Origin: a virus
Taxonomy: Duplodnaviria > Caudoviricetes
IMG/VR virus record: IMGVR_UViG_3300037424_000199
Coordinates: 1 to 60,175 of that record
Direction: 5' to 3' (one strand)
Length of the DNA: 60,175 nt
Part shown: piece by piece, positions 47,800 through 57,268 of the stretch
How the letters are laid out: every line of letters starts with the position of its first letter
Numbering within the stretch: the stretch's first letter is position 1
Made by a program: the position numbers and the translations under genes
Notes under the pieces: model-generated
Told to the model about the DNA's origin: nothing
Databases searched by the model: none
The model's input: the letters and a program-made list of their open reading frames with translations, nothing else

Positions 47800-50307
47800 T
47801 TATGGCACCGCGCTCTGATCCGTCTGCATTGTGATCGTGAACGTCGGCGGCGTCGTCATTCCACTGAAGTTGCCTCCAGTCCACGGATTAATGTTTGCCG
47901 GAACCCACACTGCATTTGGCGGATACCCACCAGTCAGAGGAGAGCCCGAGGGGGCCGAGATTGTATCTCCTGAACACCCTCCGGGGGAGCCGTTGCAGGT
48001 CACCCCACCGGGTGTGATGACGCGAGTTCCCGCCTGCTTGAGGTTGATAGTAGGCCAAAATCGAAATTGTGTCCATGTGGATTGATCAACCGTTACTCCG
48101 CCACCACTGGATGAGAATTGCGCAGTCGGATTTAGGATAGATGTTCCGGTACCGACAAATGGCTGCGTGACATCAATTGTGAGACTAACGAATTTGCCAT
48201 AAGCTGGCATCGTCGCTTGCTGTGCGACCGACGATGCCGTGAACGTACGAGTGATGTACTCGGCTAACGGAGCACCCGAAGTAGCACCAGCTTGAACGCT
48301 CATACCAACAGCGTTCGCGTCACCTGTACAATCATCACAAGTAAACGCTGGGGAGCCCAGCACCCTGAATTGGATTGGGTTTGCCGACAGTGCACTAAGG
48401 TCCGGGAAGCCGCCCGAGGCATTGGTTTGCATGTAGGTGTTACTGGTGCCCCATTCCAGCGACTTAGACGACGCAGATAGCGTTGTTGAGGCCGCATCAA
48501 AAACAACCACATTCTGCGCGTCTGTGAACGCAGTGATGAAGGTTTTTAGATTGGTGCCACCACTGCCTGCCCCGGGAACAATGATGACCCTACCAACATC
48601 ACCAGACGCAAAAATTGGCGTGGATACTCCAAGATTTTTAGAACTACTAGAAATGGTGACGTTCGTAGTCGCTGTTTGCCCATCGACCGCTGGCCATCCA
48701 TCACCTGTGACCGTCGATATGTCCCACATTCCAGCTGAGAAGTATCCGGTGGTTTGAAAAAACAGCCGTGTGTTTGGAATAAATGGCCGTTGCCCTTCAG
48801 ACAACGAGTTCGGCATTGTGATCAATCCACTGGCCATACTATAAGGCCATATGGAGTAGATCATCGGATAACCAAACTGCGTATTTATCGTGGTGATGTT
48901 GCAACGAGTGCAACTCGACGCCCCGGCAGTATTGCCGTAGGCAAAGAACCCGGGCCCCCAATTGTTTAGAACGCTGTCACTGATTTCGGTACGTTTTGCT
49001 CCGCCATCTAGCCTGTTGGTGACGGTAGAATTTCGCATGATAAATAAATCGGTGGAAGAGCTTTGAAATATGATCTGCGCAATTGTCACTCCATCCATTA
49101 GCATGGTTCCAACCAGTTTGTCGGTTTCCATGTTCACATTTATAAAAGTAGTATTGATCGCACTCCATGTCTCGTTTTGGCTTGGAATAGCGCTCTGCGC
49201 ATTGCCAAACGTGACATCGCGGAAGGTTACGTTTCGTGCGTTTGCGTAGGTCTGCCCATCTTGGTTTATCGTCAGTCCACGATACTCAACCGTACTATTC
49301 CATGAGTTCTGTGAAGCCCCTCCAACAGCCCAAATTGTCGCGGGTCCGCCCGCGTCAGTCTGATTTGTATTACCAGCATTGTACTGCGCCCAATCACTTT
49401 GGTATGAATTGGTGAGCGACCGATCAAGCGTGATTACACCTGTACCAGCGTCCACTGCGGTGATTTTCCGCCATTCAAAGAAGTTGGAATTTGGGGGATA
49501 TCCGAATGGTGACTGAAAAATCCCTTGAATGTCAAGGCCACCGAGCATCACCCACCGTCCGACAGAAAAGCGGCTGATGTAGCCCGCAGCAAGAGATGTT
49601 GTGGTTAACGTGACTGTGCTAGACCCGGATGACACAGATTGAATACGCGCTGAGCAGCCAGCGACATCAGTAAGTCCTTTGCTGCAAATGCCAAGCCCAC
49701 CAAGTTGGAAGGTTTGTCCGCCCATACTATTTATTGTGGCCCCAGCGCCTTCAACGATTAGGTTGTTGATACCTGCGGCGAACGCGTTAAATACGCTTAT
49801 GTAGTTGAAAGTCCCGTTGCCAAACCAGCAACTTGACCCGTTTGGTATCGTCAAGACAACTTGGTTGGCGGCCCCTTGATTAGCGCGCGCCCAATTGTTG
49901 AAAGTGTCGAAAGCGGCGTTGTCGCTGATCCCGTAGGATATGCTAGTGGACACTACAGAAAGCGTTGTCGTGGCATTAGTGCTCAAGACAACATTTTGAG
50001 CGTCTGTGAATGTGGATATTGTGCCGAAGTAGCGCCCACCACTATTTCCTGCTCCGTTAATGGTGATGTTTTTGCCAACATCGCCACTAGCAAAAGTATC
50101 AACCGTGACGCTAAGGTTCTTCGTTCCAGTGGTTATGCTGGCCGTGCGCGTGACCGTTAGCACATCGCCGTTGCAGGCTGCCCCGCCGTCAGTGACGATG
50201 TTGTAGAATATCTGCGGCGGTCCGGCGTAGGTCTGGAAAATCGCGAACGCCGCAAAAGCTGCGCTAGGGAGTAGACCAACCAGCGCAGCTAGAATAAGCT
50301 TCAGCAT
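47800..50307 (-). CDS. Secreted-type tailspike/beta-helix-like protein with an internal duplicated domain
   Basis: Signal peptide MLKLILAALVGLLPSAAFA|A; 10 Cys; two copies of KNLxV...FASGDVG..I...GAG..G...I..FTDAQNVV. Confidence 0.75.
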   Translation of the reverse strand: MLKLILAALVGLLPSAAFAAFAIFQTYAGPPQIFYNIVTDGGAACNGDVLTVTRTASITTGTKNLSVTVDTFASGDVGKNITINGAGNSGGRYFGTISTFTDAQNVVLSTNATTTLSVVSTSISYGISDNAAFDTFNNWARANQGAANQVVLTIPNGSSCWFGNGTFNYISVFNAFAAGINNLIVEGAGATINSMGGQTFQLGGLGICSKGLTDVAGCSARIQSVSSGSSTVTLTTTSLAAGYISRFSVGRWVMLGGLDIQGIFQSPFGYPPNSNFFEWRKITAVDAGTGVITLDRSLTNSYQSDWAQYNAGNTNQTDAGGPATIWAVGGASQNSWNSTVEYRGLTINQDGQTYANARNVTFRDVTFGNAQSAIPSQNETWSAINTTFINVNMETDKLVGTMLMDGVTIAQIIFQSSSTDLFIMRNSTVTNRLDGGAKRTEISDSVLNNWGPGFFAYGNTAGASSCTRCNITTINTQFGYPMIYSIWPYSMASGLITMPNSLSEGQRPFIPNTRLFFQTTGYFSAGMWDISTVTGDGWPAVDGQTATTNVTISSSSKNLGVSTPIFASGDVGRVIIVPGAGSGGTNLKTFITAFTDAQNVVVFDAASTTLSASSKSLEWGTSNTYMQTNASGGFPDLSALSANPIQFRVLGSPAFTCDDCTGDANAVGMSVQAGATSGAPLAEYITRTFTASSVAQQATMPAYGKFVSLTIDVTQPFVGTGTSILNPTAQFSSSGGGVTVDQSTWTQFRFWPTINLKQAGTRVITPGGVTCNGSPGGCSGDTISAPSGSPLTGGYPPNAVWVPANINPWTGGNFSGMTTPPTFTITMQTDQSAVP

Positions 50308-51263
50308 TATCCACCAATGATCCTGCCACCACCACCGCCAGATGGAATTGTGATAGTGTCTCCGCTATCAAGTGTATTACGTCCCAGATTAAAAGAGTCG
50401 GTTGCGGTCATCGTTCCAGCGCCAGTGGTAGTGATGCCCATGAAGGCTGCCCATGTCGGGGTAGACGTTCCGCTGGATAGGCTTATCGTTGCTGTTCCTG
50501 AGTTTGGAGTGTTGGGCAAAACAAGCATCTGATTAGATGATGTTCCAGTAAGAATTAAACCACCCGATCCTGTGATTGTATTGGTGGCCGATGCCGGGAA
50601 CATTATATAGCTTGATCCATCATCGATAGATATCGATGAAAACGTATTTGCGCTAAAGATGCGAACCCCACCGCGAGAGGTATTCGCGTTGACTGTGAAT
50701 GATCCGAACGTTCTACCACCACCATTGAATTGACGTTCACCTGCGGTGGTTGCGTTGTAGACAATCGGCGCGGTAAAGGTCGAAGCACCATCCAAATTGG
50801 TTACTGTACCGATATCAAATAGAGCACCCGCAGTAGTAGTTGTAAAAGTGAACGTTCCAGAGCCAAGTAGGTATTTCCTAGTCCCACTCCCACTGAGGTT
50901 CATCCCGGTGCCGGACAGGGTGATGCTTGGGTTGTTGACCGAGAAATCTAGAATGCATCCTGTTGTAGATGCAGTGCAAGTACCAGCGGTAATAGATTGA
51001 AACGTTGCACCGTTGATTGTTGCGTCAACAGTAACTGTGCAAGTAGTTCCTCCAACACATGTGTTTGTATTGAAGATTACCGCGTCACCAGACCCCGGCG
51101 CTGTTGCTCCTGTGCACCCGGTATCGGTAGCGCACCACATAGCTGTGGATGTGCTGTCCCAAGTACAGGTCGTGGTGCAAACAGCGAAGCGATTGGCGGC
51201 TTGCGCCTGATCTGGCGCAAAGAACGCGAGCGCAAGAAGGAAAAGACCTAAGAGTTTTTTCAT
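50307..51263 (-). CDS. Secreted-type Thr/Gly-rich beta-solenoid-like protein
   Basis: MKKLLGLFLLALAFFAPDQAQA|A; GAGG RBS; 8 Cys in the N-terminal domain. Confidence 0.75.
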   Translation of the reverse strand: MKKLLGLFLLALAFFAPDQAQAANRFAVCTTTCTWDSTSTAMWCATDTGCTGATAPGSGDAVIFNTNTCVGGTTCTVTVDATINGATFQSITAGTCTASTTGCILDFSVNNPSITLSGTGMNLSGSGTRKYLLGSGTFTFTTTTAGALFDIGTVTNLDGASTFTAPIVYNATTAGERQFNGGGRTFGSFTVNANTSRGGVRIFSANTFSSISIDDGSSYIMFPASATNTITGSGGLILTGTSSNQMLVLPNTPNSGTATISLSSGTSTPTWAAFMGITTTGAGTMTATDSFNLGRNTLDSGDTITIPSGGGGGRIIGG

Positions 51264-51273
51264 GGCGACTGCC

Positions 51274-52326
51274 TCACTTAGAACTGTAGGAAATAGTGAC
51301 ACCAGTCGCGGCTGCTGTATTATCATTATCTGCTAAATTGGCAGTTAAACAAAAACCAATACCGTTAGTGTACGCTTCACCAAACGGACCAATATTGACA
51401 GCTACTCCACCATTGCTAGGTGGAACAGGATAAGTCGCTACAACAGTATCAGAATTGCAAGTTGGAGCAGCGGCAGTATTGTACATCTTAAGATAATATA
51501 GTGTCGCAGTCGTGTTAATTGTGATCATTTTACATAGCGTCCCTACCGAACCTTTAATGCTGGTAGAGTTGGTCGTAGCCGCGCTGAGCGTCTTGGCTGG
51601 AGTGCATCCGCCAGTCGTGCCAGCAGATGGGGTTACTAACCACGGAGTAGTATTAGCTGTGTTACCCGGTTGAACAGTCCAAGTACCACTTTGAGTAACT
51701 GAAGCACTTAAATTTTGCGCATCAAAAGAACCGAAAGACGTACCGTGGCCGGTACCACCAGCAAGGGCGATGACATTTGATGCAGAACTACTTTGATTAA
51801 TACAAGCAGTGTTAACATTAGAACCTACCGTGAAATAGGTGGTTGAACCACCATGTACAATTAACTTACTGGTAGTTGCAGTTGCGGCCCCTGCTGAGAG
51901 CACGCAAGATACATCATCATTTGATGTATTCTGGAATGATACTACTATACCAGCAGGAAGGGCAGTTGACGCGCTAGATGCAGCGGTCGCCGTCAAGGTG
52001 GTAAAGTTGCCGTTAGGTGTAAAATTAGCTACTGGGAGAGGCGACTGGTCCGAAGCGATGACAATCGGAGAAGAGGCCGCCATGGCCGCTTGACCATTAG
52101 CATTACTATTGGCTACATTAACACCAAGATTACCAGAAGCATCCACAACCCAACATCTTGATACAGTAGTATTGTCGCAACCAATAAAGCGGCTATATAG
52201 AACGCCAGCAGCGTCCTTAGCTCCAAATATCAAACCAGCACCTGCCGTAGCACCATAATTATCAGCAGCTAATGCTTGCGATGTTAAACCAGCAAACAAA
52301 GCAAAATAAATAAATAGCTTGCGCAT
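51274..52326 (-). CDS. Secreted-type head-fibre/decoration-like protein
   Basis: MRKLFIYFALFAGLTSQALA|A; NGQAAMAASSPIVIASDQS, TQSGTWTVQPGNTANTTPWLV; C-terminal SAATTNST.IK...YLKMYN domain; 8 Cys. Confidence 0.75.
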   Translation of the reverse strand: MRKLFIYFALFAGLTSQALAADNYGATAGAGLIFGAKDAAGVLYSRFIGCDNTTVSRCWVVDASGNLGVNVANSNANGQAAMAASSPIVIASDQSPLPVANFTPNGNFTTLTATAASSASTALPAGIVVSFQNTSNDDVSCVLSAGAATATTSKLIVHGGSTTYFTVGSNVNTACINQSSSASNVIALAGGTGHGTSFGSFDAQNLSASVTQSGTWTVQPGNTANTTPWLVTPSAGTTGGCTPAKTLSAATTNSTSIKGSVGTLCKMITINTTATLYYLKMYNTAAAPTCNSDTVVATYPVPPSNGGVAVNIGPFGEAYTNGIGFCLTANLADNDNTAAATGVTISYSSK

Positions 52327-52331
52327 TTATG

Positions 52332-52508
52332 TTACCTCAGCATAGGTTGAACGCAACCTGTTGACAAATCAATTGAGCCATCACAGCTACTAGGAGGAGC
52401 GCCACCATTACCATTAGCATCGCCAACATGAAGCAGCATAAAACCACCAGCAGCATAAGCGGCACTTATGCCCACAATAATCAAAAATGCAGCTATAAGA
52501 ATTTTCAT
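52332..52508 (-). CDS. Small secreted peptide, 58 aa, not in the ORF track
   Basis: MKILIAAFLIIVGISAAYA|AGGFMLLHVG...SCDGSIDLSTGCVQPMLR; TAATG overlap with the upstream gene. Confidence 0.7.
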   Translation of the reverse strand: MKILIAAFLIIVGISAAYAAGGFMLLHVGDANGNGGAPPSSCDGSIDLSTGCVQPMLR

Positions 52509-52930
52509 TAGCGATAATGCACGTTGACGATATAAGTTGAAGCAGCGGGGGCAGACGTATCACTATCAGCAATACCAGTGGTAATGCACATGACTATTCC
52601 TACGCCATAAGCATCGCCATTAATATTAGAAACATTAAACCCACCCCCACTAGAGCTAGCTCCAAACGGGATCATATAACGAGCTTGAGGAGTACCAGAA
52701 CCACAAGTAGCTGTTGTAGCATTGTATAGCTTGACGTAAGCTACAGTAGTCCCATTATTGAAAGCATCTACTGAATAGACGTTTCCACCAGTATTTTTAA
52801 TAATAATGGCAGTAGTGTTGTTAGCTGCTATAGTAGACGTGACTTTAATCTTACTATCAGCAGCGAAATTCTGAGCTAATGCTAGATTAGGAAAAGCTAG
52901 CAAAGCTAATAAAATTAAAATCTTTTTCAT
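52508..52930 (-). CDS. Secreted-type beta-sandwich protein, paralogous to the C-terminal domain of 51274..52326
   Basis: MKKILILLALLAFPNLALA|Q; YVKLYN...TC...IP...G.AY..GI..CIT..AD.D. Confidence 0.78.
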   Translation of the reverse strand: MKKILILLALLAFPNLALAQNFAADSKIKVTSTIAANNTTAIIIKNTGGNVYSVDAFNNGTTVAYVKLYNATTATCGSGTPQARYMIPFGASSSGGGFNVSNINGDAYGVGIVMCITTGIADSDTSAPAASTYIVNVHYR

Positions 52931-52979
52931 ATACCACCTAAAAATAGGTATCGGGCCATTTCTGACCCGATAAATAATT

Positions 52980-53381
52980 TTACTTGCTAACCCAATTGGC
53001 TACACCAGCAGCGCTAACGGAATTACATTTATAAATTTTAGTTCCTTGCGCTTGTGAAACTCCAGTAGCTGTAGCAACACTATCAATGGTATCTGTGCCG
53101 TAACCGTAAACCTGTACAGCATCAGCATCAGAATTAACAACCCAAACTTCCAAACCAATAAATCCCTTTGGAAGTCTGACCCCATCTCCAGCCGTAGTTA
53201 CCGTAGAGATAGTATTAACAGCACTATCAAGCTGAGTTGCTCCAGCCTGAGTAGCTACAATACCAGCAACAATACCAGTTCTACCAGAATTTAACTGCTG
53301 AGTAATATTGTTAATATCGCTACCAGCAATTAACTGGCGGCTAGAAGTATACTGAGCGGGAGCGTTTGCAGATAAAGTCAT
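52980..53381 (-). CDS. Putative capsid decoration/head protein (no signal peptide)
   Basis: TQAGATQL...VNTISTVTTAGDGVRLP...VYG..TDTI motif typical of small phage structural proteins. Confidence 0.6.
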   Translation of the reverse strand: MTLSANAPAQYTSSRQLIAGSDINNITQQLNSGRTGIVAGIVATQAGATQLDSAVNTISTVTTAGDGVRLPKGFIGLEVWVVNSDADAVQVYGYGTDTIDSVATATGVSQAQGTKIYKCNSVSAAGVANWVSK

Positions 53382-53425
53382 AAATATAGTTCCTTCTGTT
53401 GGTAAACGTTACTACTTACGATTGA

Positions 53426-53893
53426 TCATTTAAAATTTTTAAGCGCATCAATGATATCTGAATTAGGAGCAAGTATAGCCAATCTGTCATATGCTAGCTT
53501 TGCTTCCTCGTTTTTTCCCAACATAAAACTATATTTTACTTTAGCCTGTAACAAGTCTGTTGCATTAGGATCATATAGTAAACCAATATTTATATAATTT
53601 AATGCTTGCTCACTAGGTGTATCTTTAATTACAAAATAATAAGACGGTCCTAATGCTATACTTCGATTAAGTGAAAACAGCTTAGCTGCTTTTTCAATTT
53701 TAAAAATGTCACGCTGCTGCCAACCTGTTAGATACAATTGGTCTGCTGTTATAGACAAAAGTCCTACTGCCCAAGCTAGACTTAGCCAACTGAGCCGCCA
53801 CGATAGCGACCATAAAGGCAGTAACTGGCATATGTAGCGGGAAGCCAAAGCACGATATGACGATAAAGAATACAAATGCATATTTATAATCAT
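53426..53893 (-). CDS. Membrane-anchored TPR-like protein (start uncertain; overlaps the Wzy_C gene)
   Basis: Hydrophobic segment then ALNYINIGLLYDPN...LGKNEEAKLAYDRLAILAPNS. Confidence 0.6.
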   Translation of the reverse strand: MIINMHLYSLSSYRALASRYICQLLPLWSLSWRLSWLSLAWAVGLLSITADQLYLTGWQQRDIFKIEKAAKLFSLNRSIALGPSYYFVIKDTPSEQALNYINIGLLYDPNATDLLQAKVKYSFMLGKNEEAKLAYDRLAILAPNSDIIDALKNFK

Positions 53894-54746
53894 TATCTGC
53901 TTTCAAGAGCATCAAAATTATCAAAATAAAAGGAGCAACCCCAATTCCTAATTCAAATGTTAATTGTAATAATTCATTGTGGGCATACTCAGCTATATTA
54001 ATACTAGCATCAGAATGCTTGTTATAGTCAGGGAATAAATAAATAAACGACCCTATGCCATGCCCGAATAAAGTTAAACCTGATAGCATATCTAACCAAA
54101 TATACAATCTCTGATATATGCTGCTCATGCTAAAATTAATAAGACTAGCAGCAAATGTTAAACTAACAGCAAGTGATATAGCTGCTAATTTAGATTTTTC
54201 CCAAATCCATAATAAGCCAACTATCAAAAATCCTAAAATAACTGCTCTAGAACTAACCATCAGTCCGGGCAAAGTAACAGGAATAAACCACCAAAGTTTA
54301 TTTATCAATATTAAAATTAAAAGCATTCCTGAAACTTCAGCAAATATATTTGAATTTACAAATAACCCTGAAGGATTGGGGGTATTTTTAAGAACTAAAG
54401 TTTCTAATTGAAAATACTGCAAAACAGCTATTATAGAAGAAACAGCTAACCCTATAGCCAAACCTATAATGATTTTTCTTAAATTTTGTAGCGTATATGC
54501 CCACACAAACACGCTAGCCAATACTAGCAACTGCATCAACTCTAGCGTTCCATGAGGGGACCACAAGAGAGATAAAGCAGCGTAAGATAGAAACACCAAA
54601 CCCAAAATATGAATAATGGTAATTTCTATCTTACACTTTAACAAGAGGACTGGCATTACCAGCCACATGACTGCCCAAGATGTGATTGACGCTAAGCCAA
54701 TCACTCCCGGTACAAAAGCAATCATTATGGCAATGCCTAGCAGCAT
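53709..54746 (-). CDS. O-antigen ligase / O-oligosaccharyltransferase family protein (Wzy_C; WaaL/PglL-like)
   Basis: Many TM helices; GLFVNSN, SSRA, R..IW...FGHGIGSF, AHNELLQLTFELGIG; TAATG coupling to the upstream gene. Confidence 0.85.
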   Translation of the reverse strand: MLLGIAIMIAFVPGVIGLASITSWAVMWLVMPVLLLKCKIEITIIHILGLVFLSYAALSLLWSPHGTLELMQLLVLASVFVWAYTLQNLRKIIIGLAIGLAVSSIIAVLQYFQLETLVLKNTPNPSGLFVNSNIFAEVSGMLLILILINKLWWFIPVTLPGLMVSSRAVILGFLIVGLLWIWEKSKLAAISLAVSLTFAASLINFSMSSIYQRLYIWLDMLSGLTLFGHGIGSFIYLFPDYNKHSDASINIAEYAHNELLQLTFELGIGVAPFILIILMLLKADNDYKYAFVFFIVISCFGFPLHMPVTAFMVAIVAAQLAKSSLGSRTFVYNSRPIVSNRLAAA

Positions 54747-55321
54747 TACTGCACGCGATACCAAGTGGTGTTGGACTGGCGATAAACCCATTCCACACAA
54801 GATGCCCCGCCAGTAGTAACCGGAACAAGCATTGCTGTAGGCTTGTTTAAAACAGTAGTGCCAGAACCAGCAGTAACAGTAAGAGCGGTAACAATCTGCG
54901 TAGTGCAGAGCCCCATCAACTGAGCATCTGTTAGCGCAGTAGACGCCGGGAAAACTACCGTCAAGCCAGCAATGGTAGTGGAAGGCTCCACAATCAAGCG
55001 CCGCTGCACGCCAGTAAGGGTAAGAGTAGCACCAGTAGACGGAGCGTTATACTGATAAGGACCGGCTCCTAGTGACGGGAGCGCTATCAAACCAGTCTGA
55101 GGAGAGGCCCCGCCGCCAATGTTAGTATTGGCAATAATAGTTTCACTGCCAGTCATAGCAGGACCAGCGGCAACGGTATTACTACAATTAGCGTTGGTAA
55201 AGCTAGAGCAATAAGAAGCCCCACCAATGATGGGGAGCCCAAGCTGATTTCCACTAATAGCATTGGCGATAGCAATAGTAGAAACTAAAGCAGCAAATCC
55301 AAGTCCAATTTTCTTTAACAT
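54746..55321 (-). CDS. Secreted-type Ser/Thr-rich protein
   Basis: GAGGAG RBS; MLKKIGLGFAALVSTIAIANA|I; 4 Cys; C-terminal YRQSNTTWYRVQ like phage fibre domains. Confidence 0.78.
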   Translation of the reverse strand: MLKKIGLGFAALVSTIAIANAISGNQLGLPIIGGASYCSSFTNANCSNTVAAGPAMTGSETIIANTNIGGGASPQTGLIALPSLGAGPYQYNAPSTGATLTLTGVQRRLIVEPSTTIAGLTVVFPASTALTDAQLMGLCTTQIVTALTVTAGSGTTVLNKPTAMLVPVTTGGASCVEWVYRQSNTTWYRVQ

Positions 55322-55352
55322 AGTAGCTCCTCTTGTTAAAACACAGTTCAAA

Positions 55353-56024
55353 TTAACGCGAAACTCCACTTACCAGCTTTAAAGTTACTGGTAGTGAATT
55401 ATCATTAGGCATTTCAGATTTAACATTCGGAGCATTATCAACCACAAGAGGCTTTTTAGCATCAGCCTTAACTAATTTAATAGTTAACTCATTGTGGGTA
55501 AAATTCTTTGTAGAGTTATCAATCTCTACCTTACCAGTAAACCCCATAATATCAGAGTAAAGCTTTAGCGCATTGATGCGCTCCTTAGCTTCAATCGTCG
55601 GGATCATTACCCCGTTTCGCTCAATTTTTTCATCAGCCAGTGCGAGCACCTTAGCTGCGAGTTGTTCCCTGTCAAGAGGAGCCGCACTAAATTCTAAAGT
55701 TTTTAAATAAACGTCCCTTGATGCAATAACAATAGGATCGGTTAACCAGTTAAAACTTGCCCATAATGCTTTGTTGGTATCTTCGCCAAAAACCTTACAG
55801 CCCGCTTCGAATGGATTTTTAGACTTCGCTAATTCAATTCCGAAAGCCTTCTTTAAATTTTCATCGGATTGATATTCTGGAATAGCTTTTTGAATTTGTT
55901 GCTCAGCAGCTACACTACCAGCAGTCCAAGGCGATACGATATCGCTCCAGCCGCCAGAAGGCGCAAAAACATCAGTTTTCGGCTTAGGGTCTACTGTAAA
56001 ATGAAAATCGCTTGCCCAACTCAT
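55353..56024 (-). CDS. Terminase small subunit (putative)
   Basis: First late gene; KERINALKLYSDIMGFTGKVEI resembles TerS C-terminal motif. Confidence 0.6.
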   Translation of the reverse strand: MSWASDFHFTVDPKPKTDVFAPSGGWSDIVSPWTAGSVAAEQQIQKAIPEYQSDENLKKAFGIELAKSKNPFEAGCKVFGEDTNKALWASFNWLTDPIVIASRDVYLKTLEFSAAPLDREQLAAKVLALADEKIERNGVMIPTIEAKERINALKLYSDIMGFTGKVEIDNSTKNFTHNELTIKLVKADAKKPLVVDNAPNVKSEMPNDNSLPVTLKLVSGVSR

Positions 56025-56044
56025 AAGTGAGATACATAGCACAG

Positions 56045-56074
56045 AAAAAAGCCTCCCCGTCAAGGGAGGCTTTC
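56045..56074 (-). terminator. Rho-independent terminator at the early/late boundary
   Basis: gcctccc-ttgacg-gggaggc followed by TTTTTT on the minus strand. Confidence 0.75.
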
Positions 56075-56178
56075 AACCCGGTGCTTTACCAATTGGGAGC
56101 CGGACCAATCTATAGCAAGGGTACATCCGCCCTGCTTCTATGAGGCAATACCTAATGCTTAAAATTGTTCCTGTCAAG

Positions 56179-56266
56179 TGGTGCGCTCTGCCGGGATCGA
56201 ACCGGCATAGTCATTACAACCGAGAGATTTTAAGTCTCTTGTGTCTACCAGTTCCACCAAGAGCGC
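56179..56266 (-). tRNA. tRNA-Leu (UAA)
   Basis: GCGCTCT TGGTGGAACTGGTAGACAC AAGAGAC TTAAAA TCTCT, long variable arm, GCCGG TTCGATC CCGGC AGAGCGC ACCA; 88 nt. Confidence 0.92.
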
Positions 56267-56270
56267 AGAA

Positions 56271-56656
56271 TTAGTTAGACTTAGCTTTATTAGCTAAAAT
56301 TTGTTCGATCTGATTTATTGTAGATTGCCCACCATTTATAAAAGATTTAAAATCATTGATGGTCATACTAAATTTATCACTATTAATCAATTCACCATTA
56401 AGCATACAGCGTAAATCAATAAATATTAATTCGTTATTGGATGCAGTTATCGTCATATTTATGTATTTCATTTTTTAACCTCAAACACTTCACCAGTATT
56501 AGAACTGATGCAAAAGAAACCAATACCTTTAGAAGTTTCTGCTATTTTTAACGCAGCAGCTTTACAAGCCAATTCATTGTTCATGGGTATCTGATGCATT
56601 TTAATATCAGCAGTAAATGTACCTGTTATAGCTACAATAAGCAATGTCCAAGTCAT
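56271..56656 (-). other. Two hypothetical genes (56271-56471, 56468-56656)
   Basis: Overlapping ORFs. Confidence 0.55.
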
Positions 56657-56859
56657 TTTTGCACTAGCTCTTTCTTAATCGAATTAAAATACTTTCCTGC
56701 CGACTTAGCAGAAATTAATTCATTATAAATATTCTGATCAACGTCTTTGTAAGTATAAGACTTACCACCAGCAAATACAACTGTCATTTCATGTGTATCT
56801 GTACCATATGATACGCTTTTAAGCATTGTGCTATTTTCAAATTGAAAATTCATATTCAT
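56653..56859 (-). CDS. KTSC domain protein
   Basis: STMLKSVSY......V.F..G..Y.Y.DV...Y..L..A.SAGKYFN..I. Confidence 0.85.
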   Translation of the reverse strand: MNMNFQFENSTMLKSVSYGTDTHEMTVVFAGGKSYTYKDVDQNIYNELISAKSAGKYFNSIKKELVQK

Positions 56860-56983
56860 TCTTCATCCTCCTCTTCTTCATCATATTCTTCATCTTCACC
56901 ATAAGCAGCTTCGTAGCAATCGCCACAATAATCAGCATCTTCATCAAGCTCAGCACCGCATTCAATACATTTAAATGGTTTGT

Positions 56984-57241
56984 TCATTTCCCATTCTCCA
57001 TTTTATATTCAGGCAAAGCATCAGCTTTCGCCATTGTTTCTACACTATGACCATTTTGAACAGCCCAAAACGTAAGCCGCCCCAATCGTTTTCTATCAGC
57101 ATAGTTAGCATAGTCCAATTCAGTCTGAAATACAACTTCATCTTCATGAGCTAGATCAATCATAAATACATATACAGGACAATAATTATTTACTTGATCT
57201 AATCTTTTATTTTCAGCACCAATATAATATTTATTCCATGC
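56984..57241 (-). CDS. Hypothetical protein
   Basis: ORF starting MAWNKYY. Confidence 0.55.
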   Translation of the reverse strand, partial: AWNKYYIGAENKRLDQVNNYCPVYVFMIDLAHEDEVVFQTELDYANYADRKRLGRLTFWAVQNGHSVETMAKADALPEYKMENGK

Positions 57242-57268
57242 CATTTTTATTATTCTTTCATTAATCAT

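Noticed and set aside
47800-50307. Internal repeat as a diversity-generating retroelement TR/VR pair
   Set aside because: Both copies are in-frame protein modules with general divergence, and no reverse transcriptase is present
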